Of a DNA stretch of 64,000 nt, positions 10,018-20,664 are shown in pieces; the stretch's first letter is position 1, and each line of letters opens with the position of its first letter. A program made the position numbers and the translations under genes. The stretch comes from Candidatus Terraquivivens tengchongensis (GTDB taxonomy: Archaea; Thermoproteota; Nitrososphaeria_A; Caldarchaeales; Wolframiiraptoraceae): the NCBI GenBank assembly GCA_023261845.1, contig JALNJZ010000001.1, forward strand, positions 64,001-128,000, written 5' to 3'. The notes beneath the pieces are model-generated. The model saw nothing but the letters and a program-made list of their open reading frames with translations, was not told the origin of the DNA and did no database searches.

Positions 10018-11865
10018 ATGCTATTAGGTTACAACAAACTTTCGTATGTAGACCTCCACTCCGGCAAAGTTGAGGTAAAGGATGTTGACGAGAAGCTTGC
10101 GTATGGCTTTATAGGAGGTCGCGGATGGGCTGCTTACATTCTGTTCAAGGAACTTGATAACATAGTCGATGGCTTTCATCCTTCTAACGTACTTGTCGTC
10201 GCAACTGGGCCGTTAACCGCCGTACAATTCCAGAGCGGTGGAAAGACAACGTTCGCGGCTATAAGCCCACAGACTGGAATATACGGTGACAGCAACGTAG
10301 GCGGTTTCTTTGGTTACAAGATGAGGAAAGCTGGAATAGATGCACTAATGATTAAGGGCGCATCACCTCATCCTGTCTACTTGCTCGTGGCAGATGGTAA
10401 GGTAGAAATTCATGACGCAGAAAAGTTGTGGGGTCTTAATTCGCAGGAGACCGATGCAAAGTTGTTGAACGAATATGGCGATTGTTCTGTCGCGTCAATA
10501 GGCATGGCAGGTGAGAAGCTCGTGAAGTTCGCTTGTATTAATGTAGACTGGTCAAGGAAAGGAATGCGGCACGCTCAAGCAGGAAGGACGGGAATTGGTG
10601 CCGTTATGGGTTCGAAAAAGTTGAAAGCGATAGTTGCGATGGGTGATAAGGACGTTAAGGTTGCGGATGAGGAAAGGTTGAAGGAAGCGGCAAAAAAGCT
10701 CCAGAAGATGGTGAGGGAGAGTCCAAACTACGAAGCCTGGAGAAGGTACGGAACGTTGGCTACGATCGAGTGGTCAAACAAGGCAGAGTGTCTGCCGACT
10801 TACAATTTTCAAAAAACGGTTTTCGAGTATGCAGATAACATAGGCGGCAGCGCCATGGAGAAAGTGAAGGTGTTTACGAGAGCTTGTTCGAACTGCATAA
10901 TTCCATGCGAGCACGTTGTTCGGTTTAAGTTGAATGGAGAAGGAGAGGTTGGTATCGAGTACGAGACGGCAGCCATGTTGGGCTCAAACCTCGGGCTGAA
11001 GAGTATTGAGGAGGTTGCAAAAGCAAACTACCTGTGTGACTACTATGGGTTGGATACCATCAGCACGGGCTCGGTGCTCGCATTCGTCATAGAGTGTTAC
11101 CAGAGAGGGTTAATCACGGAGAAGGAGCTTGGCCTCACACCAAAGTGGGGCGATGTAAACACCATCTGTGAGATGATAAGAATGATTGCAAAGAGAGAGG
11201 GTTTCGGCGACCTGATGGCTGAGGGTGTAAAGACGCTAGCTGAACGCATAGGCAAGGGCTCTGATGCTTTCGCCATGCATGTGAAGGGCTTAGAGATCAG
11301 TGCTTATGACCATAGAGCGGCGACCGCCATGGCCTTGAGTTATGCGACCTGCGACATCGGAGCGCATCATAACAGGTCTTGGGCGATAACCTACGACCTC
11401 GAGGTCGGTAGGAACAGTTACACAGAAGACAAAGTCAGGAAAGTCATCTACCTTCAGCATATAAGACCGTTGTTCGATATGTTAGGCGTTTGCAGGTTTT
11501 ACTGGGTGGAGCTTGGTATCGACCCAAACGTTTATGCTGAAGCGTATTCTGCGGTTACTGGAAAAGAGTTTACATTCGACGACCTCTTATTTAGGTCGGA
11601 AAAAGTCTGGAATTTGACAAGGGCGATCGCTGTCATCCGCAAAGGCATAAGCATAAAGGACGACTTATTACCGGAGAGGGACTTCTCTGACCCCGTTCCA
11701 GAAGGACGTACAAAGGGTGCGAAGCTAGATAAGGACAAGTTCATAGAGATGCTAAAGACGTATTATGCCGTTAGAGGCTGGGATGAGCTTGGCCGACCGA
11801 CTTACGAGAAGCTTGTGAAACTTGATTTAGAAGAAGTTGCCAGAAAACTTTACGGAGCGTCTTAA
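10018..11865 (+). CDS. aor: Tungsten-dependent aldehyde:ferredoxin oxidoreductase (AOR/WOR family)
   Basis: IGGRG, GRTGIGAVMGSKKLKA, CxxCxxxC, EYET, DxxGLDTIS. Confidence 0.92.
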   Translation: MLLGYNKLSYVDLHSGKVEVKDVDEKLAYGFIGGRGWAAYILFKELDNIVDGFHPSNVLVVATGPLTAVQFQSGGKTTFAAISPQTGIYGDSNVGGFFGYKMRKAGIDALMIKGASPHPVYLLVADGKVEIHDAEKLWGLNSQETDAKLLNEYGDCSVASIGMAGEKLVKFACINVDWSRKGMRHAQAGRTGIGAVMGSKKLKAIVAMGDKDVKVADEERLKEAAKKLQKMVRESPNYEAWRRYGTLATIEWSNKAECLPTYNFQKTVFEYADNIGGSAMEKVKVFTRACSNCIIPCEHVVRFKLNGEGEVGIEYETAAMLGSNLGLKSIEEVAKANYLCDYYGLDTISTGSVLAFVIECYQRGLITEKELGLTPKWGDVNTICEMIRMIAKREGFGDLMAEGVKTLAERIGKGSDAFAMHVKGLEISAYDHRAATAMALSYATCDIGAHHNRSWAITYDLEVGRNSYTEDKVRKVIYLQHIRPLFDMLGVCRFYWVELGIDPNVYAEAYSAVTGKEFTFDDLLFRSEKVWNLTRAIAVIRKGISIKDDLLPERDFSDPVPEGRTKGAKLDKDKFIEMLKTYYAVRGWDELGRPTYEKLVKLDLEEVARKLYGAS

Positions 11866-11962
11866 AATTGATGAATGAACTTATACAAACGCTACTAAGC
11901 ACATCCTTAAATTTACGTAATATATATAGCCGTCCGTTCATTGCTGATGCTGAGGGGAGAGC

Positions 11963-12352
11963 ATGAGCAAGCCAACTGATATGGGCTCTTTAAAAGTCGG
12001 GCACAACGTTATAATAGATGGTGAGCCTTGTAGGATAGTTGAACTGGAGAAGAGTAAGCCGGGCAAGCATGGCTCGGCGAAGGTCAGACTGGTCGCTATA
12101 GGGATATTTGATGGTGTTAAGAGGAGTATGGTAGGACCTGCAGACAGTAAAGTTGACGTCCCAATAATAGAAAAGAGGACCGGTCAAGTTGTGTCAATAG
12201 GTGACGTGGTCAGTGTCATGGACTCCGAGAGCCTCCAAATAGTCGAGGTGCCGCTACCGCAAGACGAGTCTTTGAGGAATAAGATAGAGCCTGGCGTTAC
12301 CGTCGAGTATTGGACTATCATGGGCAGACACTTACTGGTAGGTGTTAAATAG
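11963..12352 (+). CDS. eif5a: Translation factor aIF-5A
   Basis: Hypusine loop SKPGKHGSAK. Confidence 0.97.
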   Translation: MSKPTDMGSLKVGHNVIIDGEPCRIVELEKSKPGKHGSAKVRLVAIGIFDGVKRSMVGPADSKVDVPIIEKRTGQVVSIGDVVSVMDSESLQIVEVPLPQDESLRNKIEPGVTVEYWTIMGRHLLVGVK

Positions 12353-12416
12353 TCCATTATTTTCAGAGCTTTTTTCCTCATAGCGTAATACTTTATATAG
12401 AGCTTATTATCGAATT

Positions 12417-12436
12417 TGATATCAACGGTGATATCA
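12417..12436. promoter_or_regulatory. Candidate PadR operator
   Basis: TGATATCA-ACGG-TGATATCA between TATA box (CTTTATATA, 12391-12399) and the ATG. Confidence 0.5.
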
Positions 12437-12999
12437 TGTTCGATTACCCTATACATATTCCAGCGTTCAGGCATCGGGCAAGACACATGGCAGCCGTTCC
12501 GAAGGGCTTTCTACGATATCATGTTCTCGAGCTTTTGAATGAGAGGCCCCTCTCAGGCTCGGAAATAATAAACGAAATCGGGAGGATGACTGGCGGTTGC
12601 TGGAAACCGAGTCCGGGGTCGGTCTATCCGCTACTTGCACGGTTACAGGATAACGGGTACATTGAAGAGGTGCCTGCGCAGGAAAGTGGAATAAAGCGTT
12701 ATACACTTACCGCTAAGGGTAAGAACCTTTTGGAGGAACAACGTAAGATAAGATCGCACCTTAGGATGGAAAAAATGACTATTGCACCGCCATTGTACGG
12801 TCTGTGGTTACGTATACCATCGGAGCATGCTGAAAGGATTCATGGAACGTTCAGAAGGTTCTTCAGGGCTCTACTCAACCTTCGTATGAGTTTAGAGGAG
12901 AAGTTCTCGGAATCCGCCATGGAAGAGGCGCTTGATGTTTTGAACGAAGCCGCGCAGAAGTTGGAGGAAATAGAGAAGAAGTTAAGGGCGGCGATTTAA
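12436..12999 (+). CDS. PadR-family transcriptional regulator
   Basis: KGFLRY..L..L..P.SG.EI..WKPSPGSVYP.L..L..YTLT.KG. Confidence 0.92.
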   Translation: MFDYPIHIPAFRHRARHMAAVPKGFLRYHVLELLNERPLSGSEIINEIGRMTGGCWKPSPGSVYPLLARLQDNGYIEEVPAQESGIKRYTLTAKGKNLLEEQRKIRSHLRMEKMTIAPPLYGLWLRIPSEHAERIHGTFRRFFRALLNLRMSLEEKFSESAMEEALDVLNEAAQKLEEIEKKLRAAI

Positions 13000-13001
13000 G
13001 C

Positions 13002-14006
13002 ATGGTTAAAAATGTGATAGAGGTTGATGGGTTAACGAAAGTCTTTAACAAAGGTTTTGTGGCCGTAGACCATGTGAGCTTTAGCGTGGAGGAAGGTGAA
13101 ATCTTCGGCTTTCTTGGACCGAACGGTGCGGGTAAAACTACAACCATAAACATGCTGACAACGGTTTTGAAACCAACGGAAGGCAGAGCATCAGTGCTCG
13201 GCTACGATGTCGTTAGGCAAGCGAGCATGGTCAGGAAGGTCATAGGCGTCGTGCCCCAAGAATACACAGCGGACGAGGACCTGACTGGTTATGAGAACAT
13301 AATGTTATGTGCAGACCTTTATGGCATACCTAAAGATGTTGCTAAGAAGCGAGCGCTCGAGCTACTTGAGCTCGTGGAGTTGACACCCTTTAAGGACAAA
13401 AGAGTAGAAACGTACTCCGGCGGCATGCGCCGAAGGCTTGAGCTTGCATGCGGGTTGATTAACACACCTAAGGTGCTGTTCTTGGATGAACCAACGTTAG
13501 GCTTGGATGTTCAGACAAGGGCCGCGATATGGGACTGCATCAGGAAGCTTAAGGAAGAATATAACATGACGCTTTTCATGACGACGCACTATATGGAGGA
13601 GGCGGACGCTCTATGCGATCGCATCGCTATAATAGATCATGGCAAGATAATTGCCATTGGTTCACCGAGCGAGCTAAAAGGAAGCTTGGGTGGCGACGTA
13701 ATAACGATAAGCATTAAAGAAGATGTTGATGTCAGCGAGCTCATCCGTAATATTGACAACGTGAAAGATGTTAAGAAGGATAACGGTTCTTATAGGATTA
13801 AAGCAGAATCTGGAGAAGTAACGGCACCTATTATAATTGATGTGTTGAGAAGAAAAGGTTATACGATAACGAAACTTTCGCTTGAAAAGCCTACGTTGAA
13901 CGAGGTTTATCTAGAATATACCGGGAAGTCTATGCGGGATGCTGAAGAATCTAGGGAGGCGTTCGTATCGCATAGGATAACTTTGAGGAGGGCTAGGTCG
14001 AAATGA
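13002..14006 (+). CDS. ABC-2 (DrrA-like) exporter ATPase
   Basis: GPNGAGKTT, YSGGMRRRLE, DEPTLGLD. Confidence 0.9.
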   Translation: MVKNVIEVDGLTKVFNKGFVAVDHVSFSVEEGEIFGFLGPNGAGKTTTINMLTTVLKPTEGRASVLGYDVVRQASMVRKVIGVVPQEYTADEDLTGYENIMLCADLYGIPKDVAKKRALELLELVELTPFKDKRVETYSGGMRRRLELACGLINTPKVLFLDEPTLGLDVQTRAAIWDCIRKLKEEYNMTLFMTTHYMEEADALCDRIAIIDHGKIIAIGSPSELKGSLGGDVITISIKEDVDVSELIRNIDNVKDVKKDNGSYRIKAESGEVTAPIIIDVLRRKGYTITKLSLEKPTLNEVYLEYTGKSMRDAEESREAFVSHRITLRRARSK

Positions 14007-14926
14007 GCGAGTACCGTCCAAACATACTTCGTGGGCTTTCGGCATTAACCATCCGTGAGTTAAAGAAGTGGGCGAAGGAGCCCATAATCCTCCTCATGGC
14101 TATACTGCAACCGATAATATGGATGGGGCTTCTTGGGAAGGCTATGAACCTTAACGCAATTTTTTCAGTGAACAGCTTAAGCAATGTAAACATACCCGAT
14201 ATAAAAATACCCGAATATGGTATAACAATTTCAGGCACATTGATCAAACAAAGATTGTTGGAAGTATTTGAGAACATAGGTACTAATGTAATGCAAAACT
14301 TTTTCGGCGTTACAGACTACTTCAGCTACATGTCCGTAGGTATGATATCTATGATAGTCATGTTCACGACGATGTTCAGCGGTATGTCAATGGTTTGGGA
14401 CAGACGTTTAGGTTTTTTGGATAAAGTCCTAAGCACACCAGTCCCGAGGTCGGCGATAATCTTTTCGAAGGTCCTTAATGCCGCTTTGAGGTCGATGTTC
14501 CAAGCGACCATAATCTTAGCTCTAGCAGCTATCTTAGGTCTGAAAATCAGCCCGACGTTCAGCCCAATGAACCTTCTGGGAATTTATGCTGCCATATTCC
14601 TTCTCTCAGTAGGATTATCTTCGCTGTTCTTGGCGCTGGCTTTGAGGTCAACGCGTCATGAGGTGCAGATGGCAGTCGTGAACCTGATAAACATGCCGTT
14701 GATGTTCGCGAGCAACATATTCTTTCCTACATCCATGATGCCTGAGTGGTTACAAGCCATAGCCAACGTCAACCCGGTGAGTTACCTGACTGATGCGATA
14801 AGACAGCTGACAATATTCCCGCTCAACAGCTCGACGTTGGTTATAGACTTCGTGTATTTGGGTGTATTTGCGATTATATTGTCTGCGATCGGCATAACAC
14901 TTTCATGGAGGTACTTGACTAGGTGA
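14003..14926 (+). CDS. ABC-2 type exporter permease
   Basis: ABC-2 pattern WDRRLGFL..PV.R, MPEWLQ..NP.SY..DAIR. Confidence 0.9.
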   Translation: MSEYRPNILRGLSALTIRELKKWAKEPIILLMAILQPIIWMGLLGKAMNLNAIFSVNSLSNVNIPDIKIPEYGITISGTLIKQRLLEVFENIGTNVMQNFFGVTDYFSYMSVGMISMIVMFTTMFSGMSMVWDRRLGFLDKVLSTPVPRSAIIFSKVLNAALRSMFQATIILALAAILGLKISPTFSPMNLLGIYAAIFLLSVGLSSLFLALALRSTRHEVQMAVVNLINMPLMFASNIFFPTSMMPEWLQAIANVNPVSYLTDAIRQLTIFPLNSSTLVIDFVYLGVFAIILSAIGITLSWRYLTR

Positions 14927-15622
14927 TGATTGTACCTTATCCACACATTCTAGGCTGAGTATTTCGTAAACGCCCCAATCACCGAACCACTTTTTGACCG
15001 CTTCTTTCACCCTAAGTTTTTTTCTGAAGATGGGGCAGTCGAGGACGAAGGTCTCACCTTCGCCACCTTCGAAGCACATGTTTATTCCAAACTTTTCGTT
15101 CAAACGGCGTAACTCTTCTATCGCGGCCTCATCTAGCTTCCTACCCAACCAACTTTTGTCAAGACCTTCAGCCGAAACTGATGTTACTATGGTCTCGAAC
15201 CTTAAAGCATACTGTTCACGAAGTAACCTTCCCGGTTCCATGCCCCAAAGCGGCGCGATACACTTAAGCCCGAGTTCGTCGCAAATCTTCTCAATTCTGC
15301 TCCTCTGGTAACGGCTCGCGATGACTCCCGATACCAGACCTTCCACGTCGCTCAGTCCTTTTAGCGCAACTTTTAGGTCCTCGACCTCTTTCTCCTTTAT
15401 ACCCATGCTAGGTACCATTATCTGTTTTATACCAATGGCATCGGCCTGGTATCGTGTCATCTCGACGTTTATCCTATGGAACATCCAAGAATTTGGGTTG
15501 CTCGTTACGACGGTCACTAGGTACTCTACGGAGTTGCCTTCGAGTAATGCCCTGTATACGGCGTATGTGCTGTCCTTTCCGCCGCTAAAGAGGGCTGCAA
15601 CCTTCAAAGCGGATTTTCTCAA
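14903..15622 (-). CDS. dph6: Diphthine--ammonia ligase (PP-loop ATPase)
   Basis: SGGKDS PP-loop, SWMFH, EGGEGETFVLD. Confidence 0.9.
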   Translation of the reverse strand: MRKSALKVAALFSGGKDSTYAVYRALLEGNSVEYLVTVVTSNPNSWMFHRINVEMTRYQADAIGIKQIMVPSMGIKEKEVEDLKVALKGLSDVEGLVSGVIASRYQRSRIEKICDELGLKCIAPLWGMEPGRLLREQYALRFETIVTSVSAEGLDKSWLGRKLDEAAIEELRRLNEKFGINMCFEGGEGETFVLDCPIFRKKLRVKEAVKKWFGDWGVYEILSLECVDKVQSSPSQVPP

Positions 15623-15736
15623 CCAATCGAGCAGTTTTCAGTAATATTAACCTATGCCTACTAGCGACATTATCTGGGAATATGTCCATTTTCAGCTTGC
15701 TCTATAATTTAATTTTAGGTGTAATGTTTTCATTTA

Positions 15737-16915
15737 ATGAGAATGAGGATATTCAAGGACGAGAGTAAGCTGTCGCTGGAGTACGTCCCGCCCGTCCTTC
15801 CGCATAGGGAGAACGAGTTACGCCTCCTAAAAGCGTTCTTCAGCGGCATCCTGAAGGGCAAGCAAAACATCTCGGTTAGGGCGATAATATCCGGCTCGGC
15901 TGGTACGGGCAAGACAGCGATGGCGAAGCTTTTTGGCAAACAAATGGAGGTTGAGGCTAAGAATAAACAAATGAACCTTAAATACATTCATGTAAACTGT
16001 CGCGTGAATAGGACACTTTTCACTATACTCAAGAGAGTTGTGGAATATCTCAAGATACCGCTACCTTCGAGGGGATATTCGACAGAGGAGCTGATGCATG
16101 GGCTTCTAAATTATCTCGCAGAGAACGATCTCTACATCATCTTGGCACTCGACGATTTAGAAGTTCTGATAAAAGAAGAAGGGTCAGACCCGTTCTATTT
16201 CCTAATGAAGATTGGCGAAGATAGGGATGACAGGATGTCTAGACTTTCCTTCATATTCATCGTGAGAAACCCTGAGATATTAAACATGTTAGAAAGCGGC
16301 GCAAGGGTCGGGATGCTTAGCAACATAGTGCACCTTCCAGAATATAATGCTGCCCAGCTCTACGATATACTGAGCTATAGGGCTTCCGAGGCATTCTTTG
16401 ACAACGTCATCTTAGAAGAATCGATAAGGTTGATAGCAGACCTAGCTAGCGAGAGAGGTGATGCAAGGTATGCCATCGAGACACTTTGGAGGAGCGGAAA
16501 GTACGCTGAGGCTGAAGGGTGCGATATTGTAACGCCCGAGCACGTAAGGAAAGCCGCAGCCAGCATATACCCTGCGATAAAGAAGGAGAACCTGGCGTAT
16601 CTCTCATTACATGAAAAGCTAATACTCCTAGCAGTAACTAGGGCCTTAGCCTCGAACGAGAAAGCATACACCACCTCATCAGAGTTGAACGAGCTTTACA
16701 GGCTCGTGTGTGAAGAGTACAAGGTCCAGCCCAAGGCATACACACGCTTCTGGGAATATCTCCAAAAGCTCGAGGACCAGGGCATAATAAGGATAAAAGT
16801 ATCCAGTGAAGGTATAAGGGGGCGTAGGTCGTACATAACGCTACCTGAAATACCAGTCTCAATACTTCAGCATGAGTTGACGAAGCTACTAGAAGGTGGG
16901 AACGTAGAGCTTTGA
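15737..16915 (+). CDS. cdc6: Cdc6/Orc1 family protein, Orc1-2-like
   Basis: YVP..LPHRE, Walker A GSAGTGKT, HVNC, GDARYAI, C-terminal wHTH with RGR wing. Confidence 0.93.
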   Translation: MRMRIFKDESKLSLEYVPPVLPHRENELRLLKAFFSGILKGKQNISVRAIISGSAGTGKTAMAKLFGKQMEVEAKNKQMNLKYIHVNCRVNRTLFTILKRVVEYLKIPLPSRGYSTEELMHGLLNYLAENDLYIILALDDLEVLIKEEGSDPFYFLMKIGEDRDDRMSRLSFIFIVRNPEILNMLESGARVGMLSNIVHLPEYNAAQLYDILSYRASEAFFDNVILEESIRLIADLASERGDARYAIETLWRSGKYAEAEGCDIVTPEHVRKAAASIYPAIKKENLAYLSLHEKLILLAVTRALASNEKAYTTSSELNELYRLVCEEYKVQPKAYTRFWEYLQKLEDQGIIRIKVSSEGIRGRRSYITLPEIPVSILQHELTKLLEGGNVEL

Positions 16916-17166
16916 ATGGTCACATGAAAAGCTTGATGTCCCTTTCAAGAGGGAGGAGGAAGATACTGGAGACTCTTGCGAAGTTTGGAGAGGCAAACAT
17001 ATCTAAGATAATAAGGCACACATCGCTTAACTATAAGGTCGTGAATGTTTACCTAAAAGAAATGGAATCGCTAGGTTTGGTGAAGGAAAGGAAATTCGGT
17101 AGGGTTAGAATGTTCAGACTTTATGATTCCGAGACACTCATGCGGATGCTTTATAACTCTACTTAG
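16912..17166 (+). CDS. Small winged-helix (ArsR-like) DNA-binding protein
   Basis: KILETL..GEANIS.I..T.LNY..L..GLVKE.KFGRVR; overlaps the cdc6 stop. Confidence 0.75.
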   Translation: MNGHMKSLMSLSRGRRKILETLAKFGEANISKIIRHTSLNYKVVNVYLKEMESLGLVKERKFGRVRMFRLYDSETLMRMLYNST

Positions 17167-18466
17167 TAGAAGATGTTTTCTTAGACTTTGTCACTTTTAC
17201 CTCCTTAACCTCTTCTGGCTTCCCTGATAAGAACGAGAGTTCGGAACCTGACAGTTCGAAGAACCTCATAAGATCTTTTGCAATGTTGCCGTTGTTTTTG
17301 ACCATGAAGCTCAAAAAAGGAAGCATCTCAATGTTTGCCTTATATGACGACATGTGACATTTTGACGCTATCTTACTAGACACAGCATTCCTTAGTTCCC
17401 TTTCATGTTTTGTAGCCTGAAGCATCCTAATCTTTTGTGGGAATGAGAATTTAACAAAACCCTTTGGTGTTTTCCTCTTAGAAATCGCAATACCGCCAGT
17501 CATTATGGGCACTGCGTATCTAAGCAAACCCCATCTTTGCATTTTCTTTATCTTTGCAAGATAAAGGTCAGCCTTTGCAAGAAAGTCCATGGCATGCGCA
17601 AGGTCTTCATGGTCCGTCAGTTGTTGTGGAACGTTGTCTAAGATCCAGTTGAAAAAGGTATCAATATCCACATCAATGTTTTCCGTTGAGGCCCATGCCT
17701 CTTTGATGCTTTTTGCATGGAATACCTGAACTAGTGCTGAGAATATCTCCTTGACCCTATCTCTGTAACCCAACGCTGCCAGTGTCGAACCATCTATCTT
17801 CGGCCCTGCCATCGCCAGTGCTTGAAGGTCATTTATCGCGGACCTTACATCACCATTTGACCTTTCTGCTATCGCTTTCAGTACATCATCGCTACATTCC
17901 AGACCTTCTAATGTGCATATCTTTCTCAAATGAGAAATTATGAGTTGCTTGTGTACATGCTTGAATTCTATCATTTCGCACATTTCCCTTATTGTAGCTA
18001 ACCTCTGGTTCCATGGGTCGTTCGCAACGAGTACTATAGGCACCTTAGTTTTCTCTATTGCATCCTTTATGGCCGGTATCCCTCCGGCGTCCTCTTGACC
18101 TGCTATGCCATCCACTTCGTCAATCAAGATTATTCTCTTCCTCATACCATTTAGTGTCGCGAACTCGCAAGCGGAGCCTACGATCGTCTTAATCTTCTCG
18201 GCAGTCCTCCAATCGCTAGCATTTACCTCAACTAAATCATATCCTTTTTCTGTAGCGTATGCTATAACTAGCGATGTTTTGCCAACACCAGCGGGTCCAT
18301 ATAAAAATGCTGCCTTTTTGGATGGCTTCCCCTTCTCCCAAGATGCCATCCAGTTAAGGAACGCTTCTATTGCTTCTTTGTTACCAATTATTTCCGAAAT
18401 CCTCTTCGGTCTGTACTTCTCTATCCAAATAGTAGAATGTTCTCGTCTTGTTGCTAACGTCATCAC
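17159..18466 (-). CDS. rfcL: Replication factor C large subunit
   Basis: WIEKYRP, GPAGVGKT, EVNASD, IDEVDG, GDVRSAINDLQ. Confidence 0.95.
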   Translation of the reverse strand: MMTLATRREHSTIWIEKYRPKRISEIIGNKEAIEAFLNWMASWEKGKPSKKAAFLYGPAGVGKTSLVIAYATEKGYDLVEVNASDWRTAEKIKTIVGSACEFATLNGMRKRIILIDEVDGIAGQEDAGGIPAIKDAIEKTKVPIVLVANDPWNQRLATIREMCEMIEFKHVHKQLIISHLRKICTLEGLECSDDVLKAIAERSNGDVRSAINDLQALAMAGPKIDGSTLAALGYRDRVKEIFSALVQVFHAKSIKEAWASTENIDVDIDTFFNWILDNVPQQLTDHEDLAHAMDFLAKADLYLAKIKKMQRWGLLRYAVPIMTGGIAISKRKTPKGFVKFSFPQKIRMLQATKHERELRNAVSSKIASKCHMSSYKANIEMLPFLSFMVKNNGNIAKDLMRFFELSGSELSFLSGKPEEVKEVKVTKSKKTSSTK

Positions 18467-18683
18467 TAATAACTTTTATTCCTAACTAATAAGCTTCACG
18501 AGAATTCAGAAGGATTCTGGAGAAAATGCATTAAGGTTAAAAGATTTACATATATCGGGGGCACAATGTACAGAAATAATAATTGAAGGGATTTTACACA
18601 TAATTCGTTGCTTCAAAATGACGAATCTCGAAGTGGAAACATTCTACGAAAAACTTTTAAAACGAGTAGCTAATTAAAAAGGC

Positions 18684-20578
18684 TTGATGGTAAAGGAGAA
18701 CGTTAGTGGAATAAGCAAAGCTGTTGCGCTGGTGATTGTTGCCATAGTGATAGCTGCGGCGGGAATCAGTTTTGGAGTATATATGGCTACGACGACCCAA
18801 CAGGTAACGACCACCGTAACGGTAACACCAACAACCACAATTACTTCACCAACAAAGCCTCCGATAAAGAATCCAGATACAATAATTGAGGCAACTATAG
18901 GAGAGCCTGAAACACTCGACCCAGCATGGGCATACGACACTGCAAGTGGTGAGGTGATCTTTAACATATATGAGACGTTAATATTCTTTGATAGAGAAAA
19001 ACTTGACCAGTTTATACCGTTAATCGCCAAGGAAGTCCCATCAGTAGAGAATGGGTTGATCAAGGATAATGGTCTGACAATAATATTCCCCATCAGAGAT
19101 GGAATAAAGACTCACGACGGCGGCATGATAACCCCTGAGGATGTGGAATATTCTTTTGAGCGAGCTATGATTCAAGAAAGAGACGGTGGTCCCGTATGGA
19201 TGCTACTTGAACCCCTGCTGGGAGTTGAAACACTTGTGGATCTCGGCGACCTATCAGATCCGGATGATGCTGCGCGCATAGGTGAGATGATTGACAAAGC
19301 GGTCGAGGTAGAAGGAGGTAACGTGGTGTTTCACTTAAAGAAACCATTCCCGACGACGACATTCTTCCAGATACTAAGCCAGACCTGGTCAAGCATAATT
19401 GACAAGGAATGTGCAATTAAACATGGAGCATGGCCTGGAAACAAAGACAACTGGGCTGATGTATTTGCAAAATATCATAATCCAGAGGTCCCGGAGCTTC
19501 AAGAGGCAGACTGCGGATCAGGCCCATTCATGCTTGAAAAATGGGAGCATGGTAAAGAGATCTCACTGGTTAGGTTTAATGACTACTGGCGGGGACCTGC
19601 CAAGGTAGAGAGGGCCATAATCAAGAAAGTTGATGAATGGAGTACTAGAAAGCTGATGTTCCTGCAAGGAGATGCCGACATCGTGTACGTCCCACGATAA
19701 TACATAAAAGAGCTTGAGGGGGCGGAGGGGATACGATACGTCACTAATCTACCTCAAATAGCTATAGATGCCCTGTTCTTCACATTTGAAGTAGATCCTA
19801 ATAGCCCATATATAGGGAGCGGAAAGCTTGATGGGAAAGGAATCCCACCGGACTTTTTCAGCGACGTAAATGTCAGAAAAGCATTTGCCTATGCATTTGA
19901 CTGGAAGACCTATATCGAGCAAGCATGGATGGGTGAGGCTGAGCAAATACCCGGCCCAGTACCGAAAGGGCTACCTTTCTACAACCCCGACCAACCGAAA
20001 TACGGGTTTGATTTAGCTAAGTCCGAGGAATACTTTAAGAAAGCCTGGAACGGAGAGGTCTGGGAGAAAGGATTCTACATTGAGATACTATATAACGTTG
20101 GAAACATAACGTTGGAAACATTCCACGTAAGATCGCCGCCGAGATTTTAAAGGAAAACATCGAAAGTCTCAATCCGAAGTTCAAGATTTACATCAGAGGC
20201 GTAGAGTGGCCAACTTATTTAAGGGCCATGGTAAGAGGGCAATTACCAATATTCATCACAGGATGGTTGGCAGACTATCCTGATCCACATAACTTCGTAC
20301 ATCCATTCATGCATTCCTCCGGAGCTTTTGCTGCATGGCAGAAGTACAGTAACCCGCACGTAGACGAGCTAATCGAGAAAGGAATCACTGAGACAGATTC
20401 AGCTAAGAGAAGAGAGATCTACTATGAACTACAGGCGATATATTATGAAGACGTGCCAAGCATCGTATTACAGCAACCACTTGGCCGCCACTACGAGCGC
20501 GATTGGGTCCAAGGATGGTACTATAACCCAATATATCCAGGCATCTACTTCTATGCCCTATCAAAGGGGTACGAATAG
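18684..20578 (+). pseudogene. dppA: Peptide ABC transporter substrate-binding protein, disrupted by an in-frame TAA and a 14-bp tandem duplication
   Basis: Family-5 SBP motifs (LDPAWAYD, GSGPF, W.ADYPDP) span three ORFs; TAA 19698-19700; ATAACGTTGGAAAC x2 at 20092-20119. Confidence 0.85.
20092..20119. repeat. Perfect 14-bp tandem duplication ATAACGTTGGAAAC
   Basis: Read directly; removing one copy restores YNVGNIPRKIAAEILK. Confidence 0.95.
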
Positions 20579-20664
20579 TACATAACCATAACAACACCTT
20601 TTTTATTCTTATTGTCATCGAAACGTAAAATAACACTTAAATATGCAGTCAAATTCGTTAAAAG

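Noticed and set aside
15623-15736. Possible replication origin upstream of cdc6; ATTTTC resembling the Sulfolobus damage-response ANTTTC motif
   Set aside because: No ORB repeats visible, the spacer is short, and a 6-bp motif is expected by chance
18627-18640. CTCGAAGTGGAAAC, partly like an ORB
   Set aside because: Single degenerate copy with no G-string or inverted partner; lies in the dpp promoter region
19698-19700. In-frame stop in dppA as possible recoding (Sec/Pyl or alternative code)
   Set aside because: It is TAA, which ends many normal genes here, and the same gene has a second independent lesion
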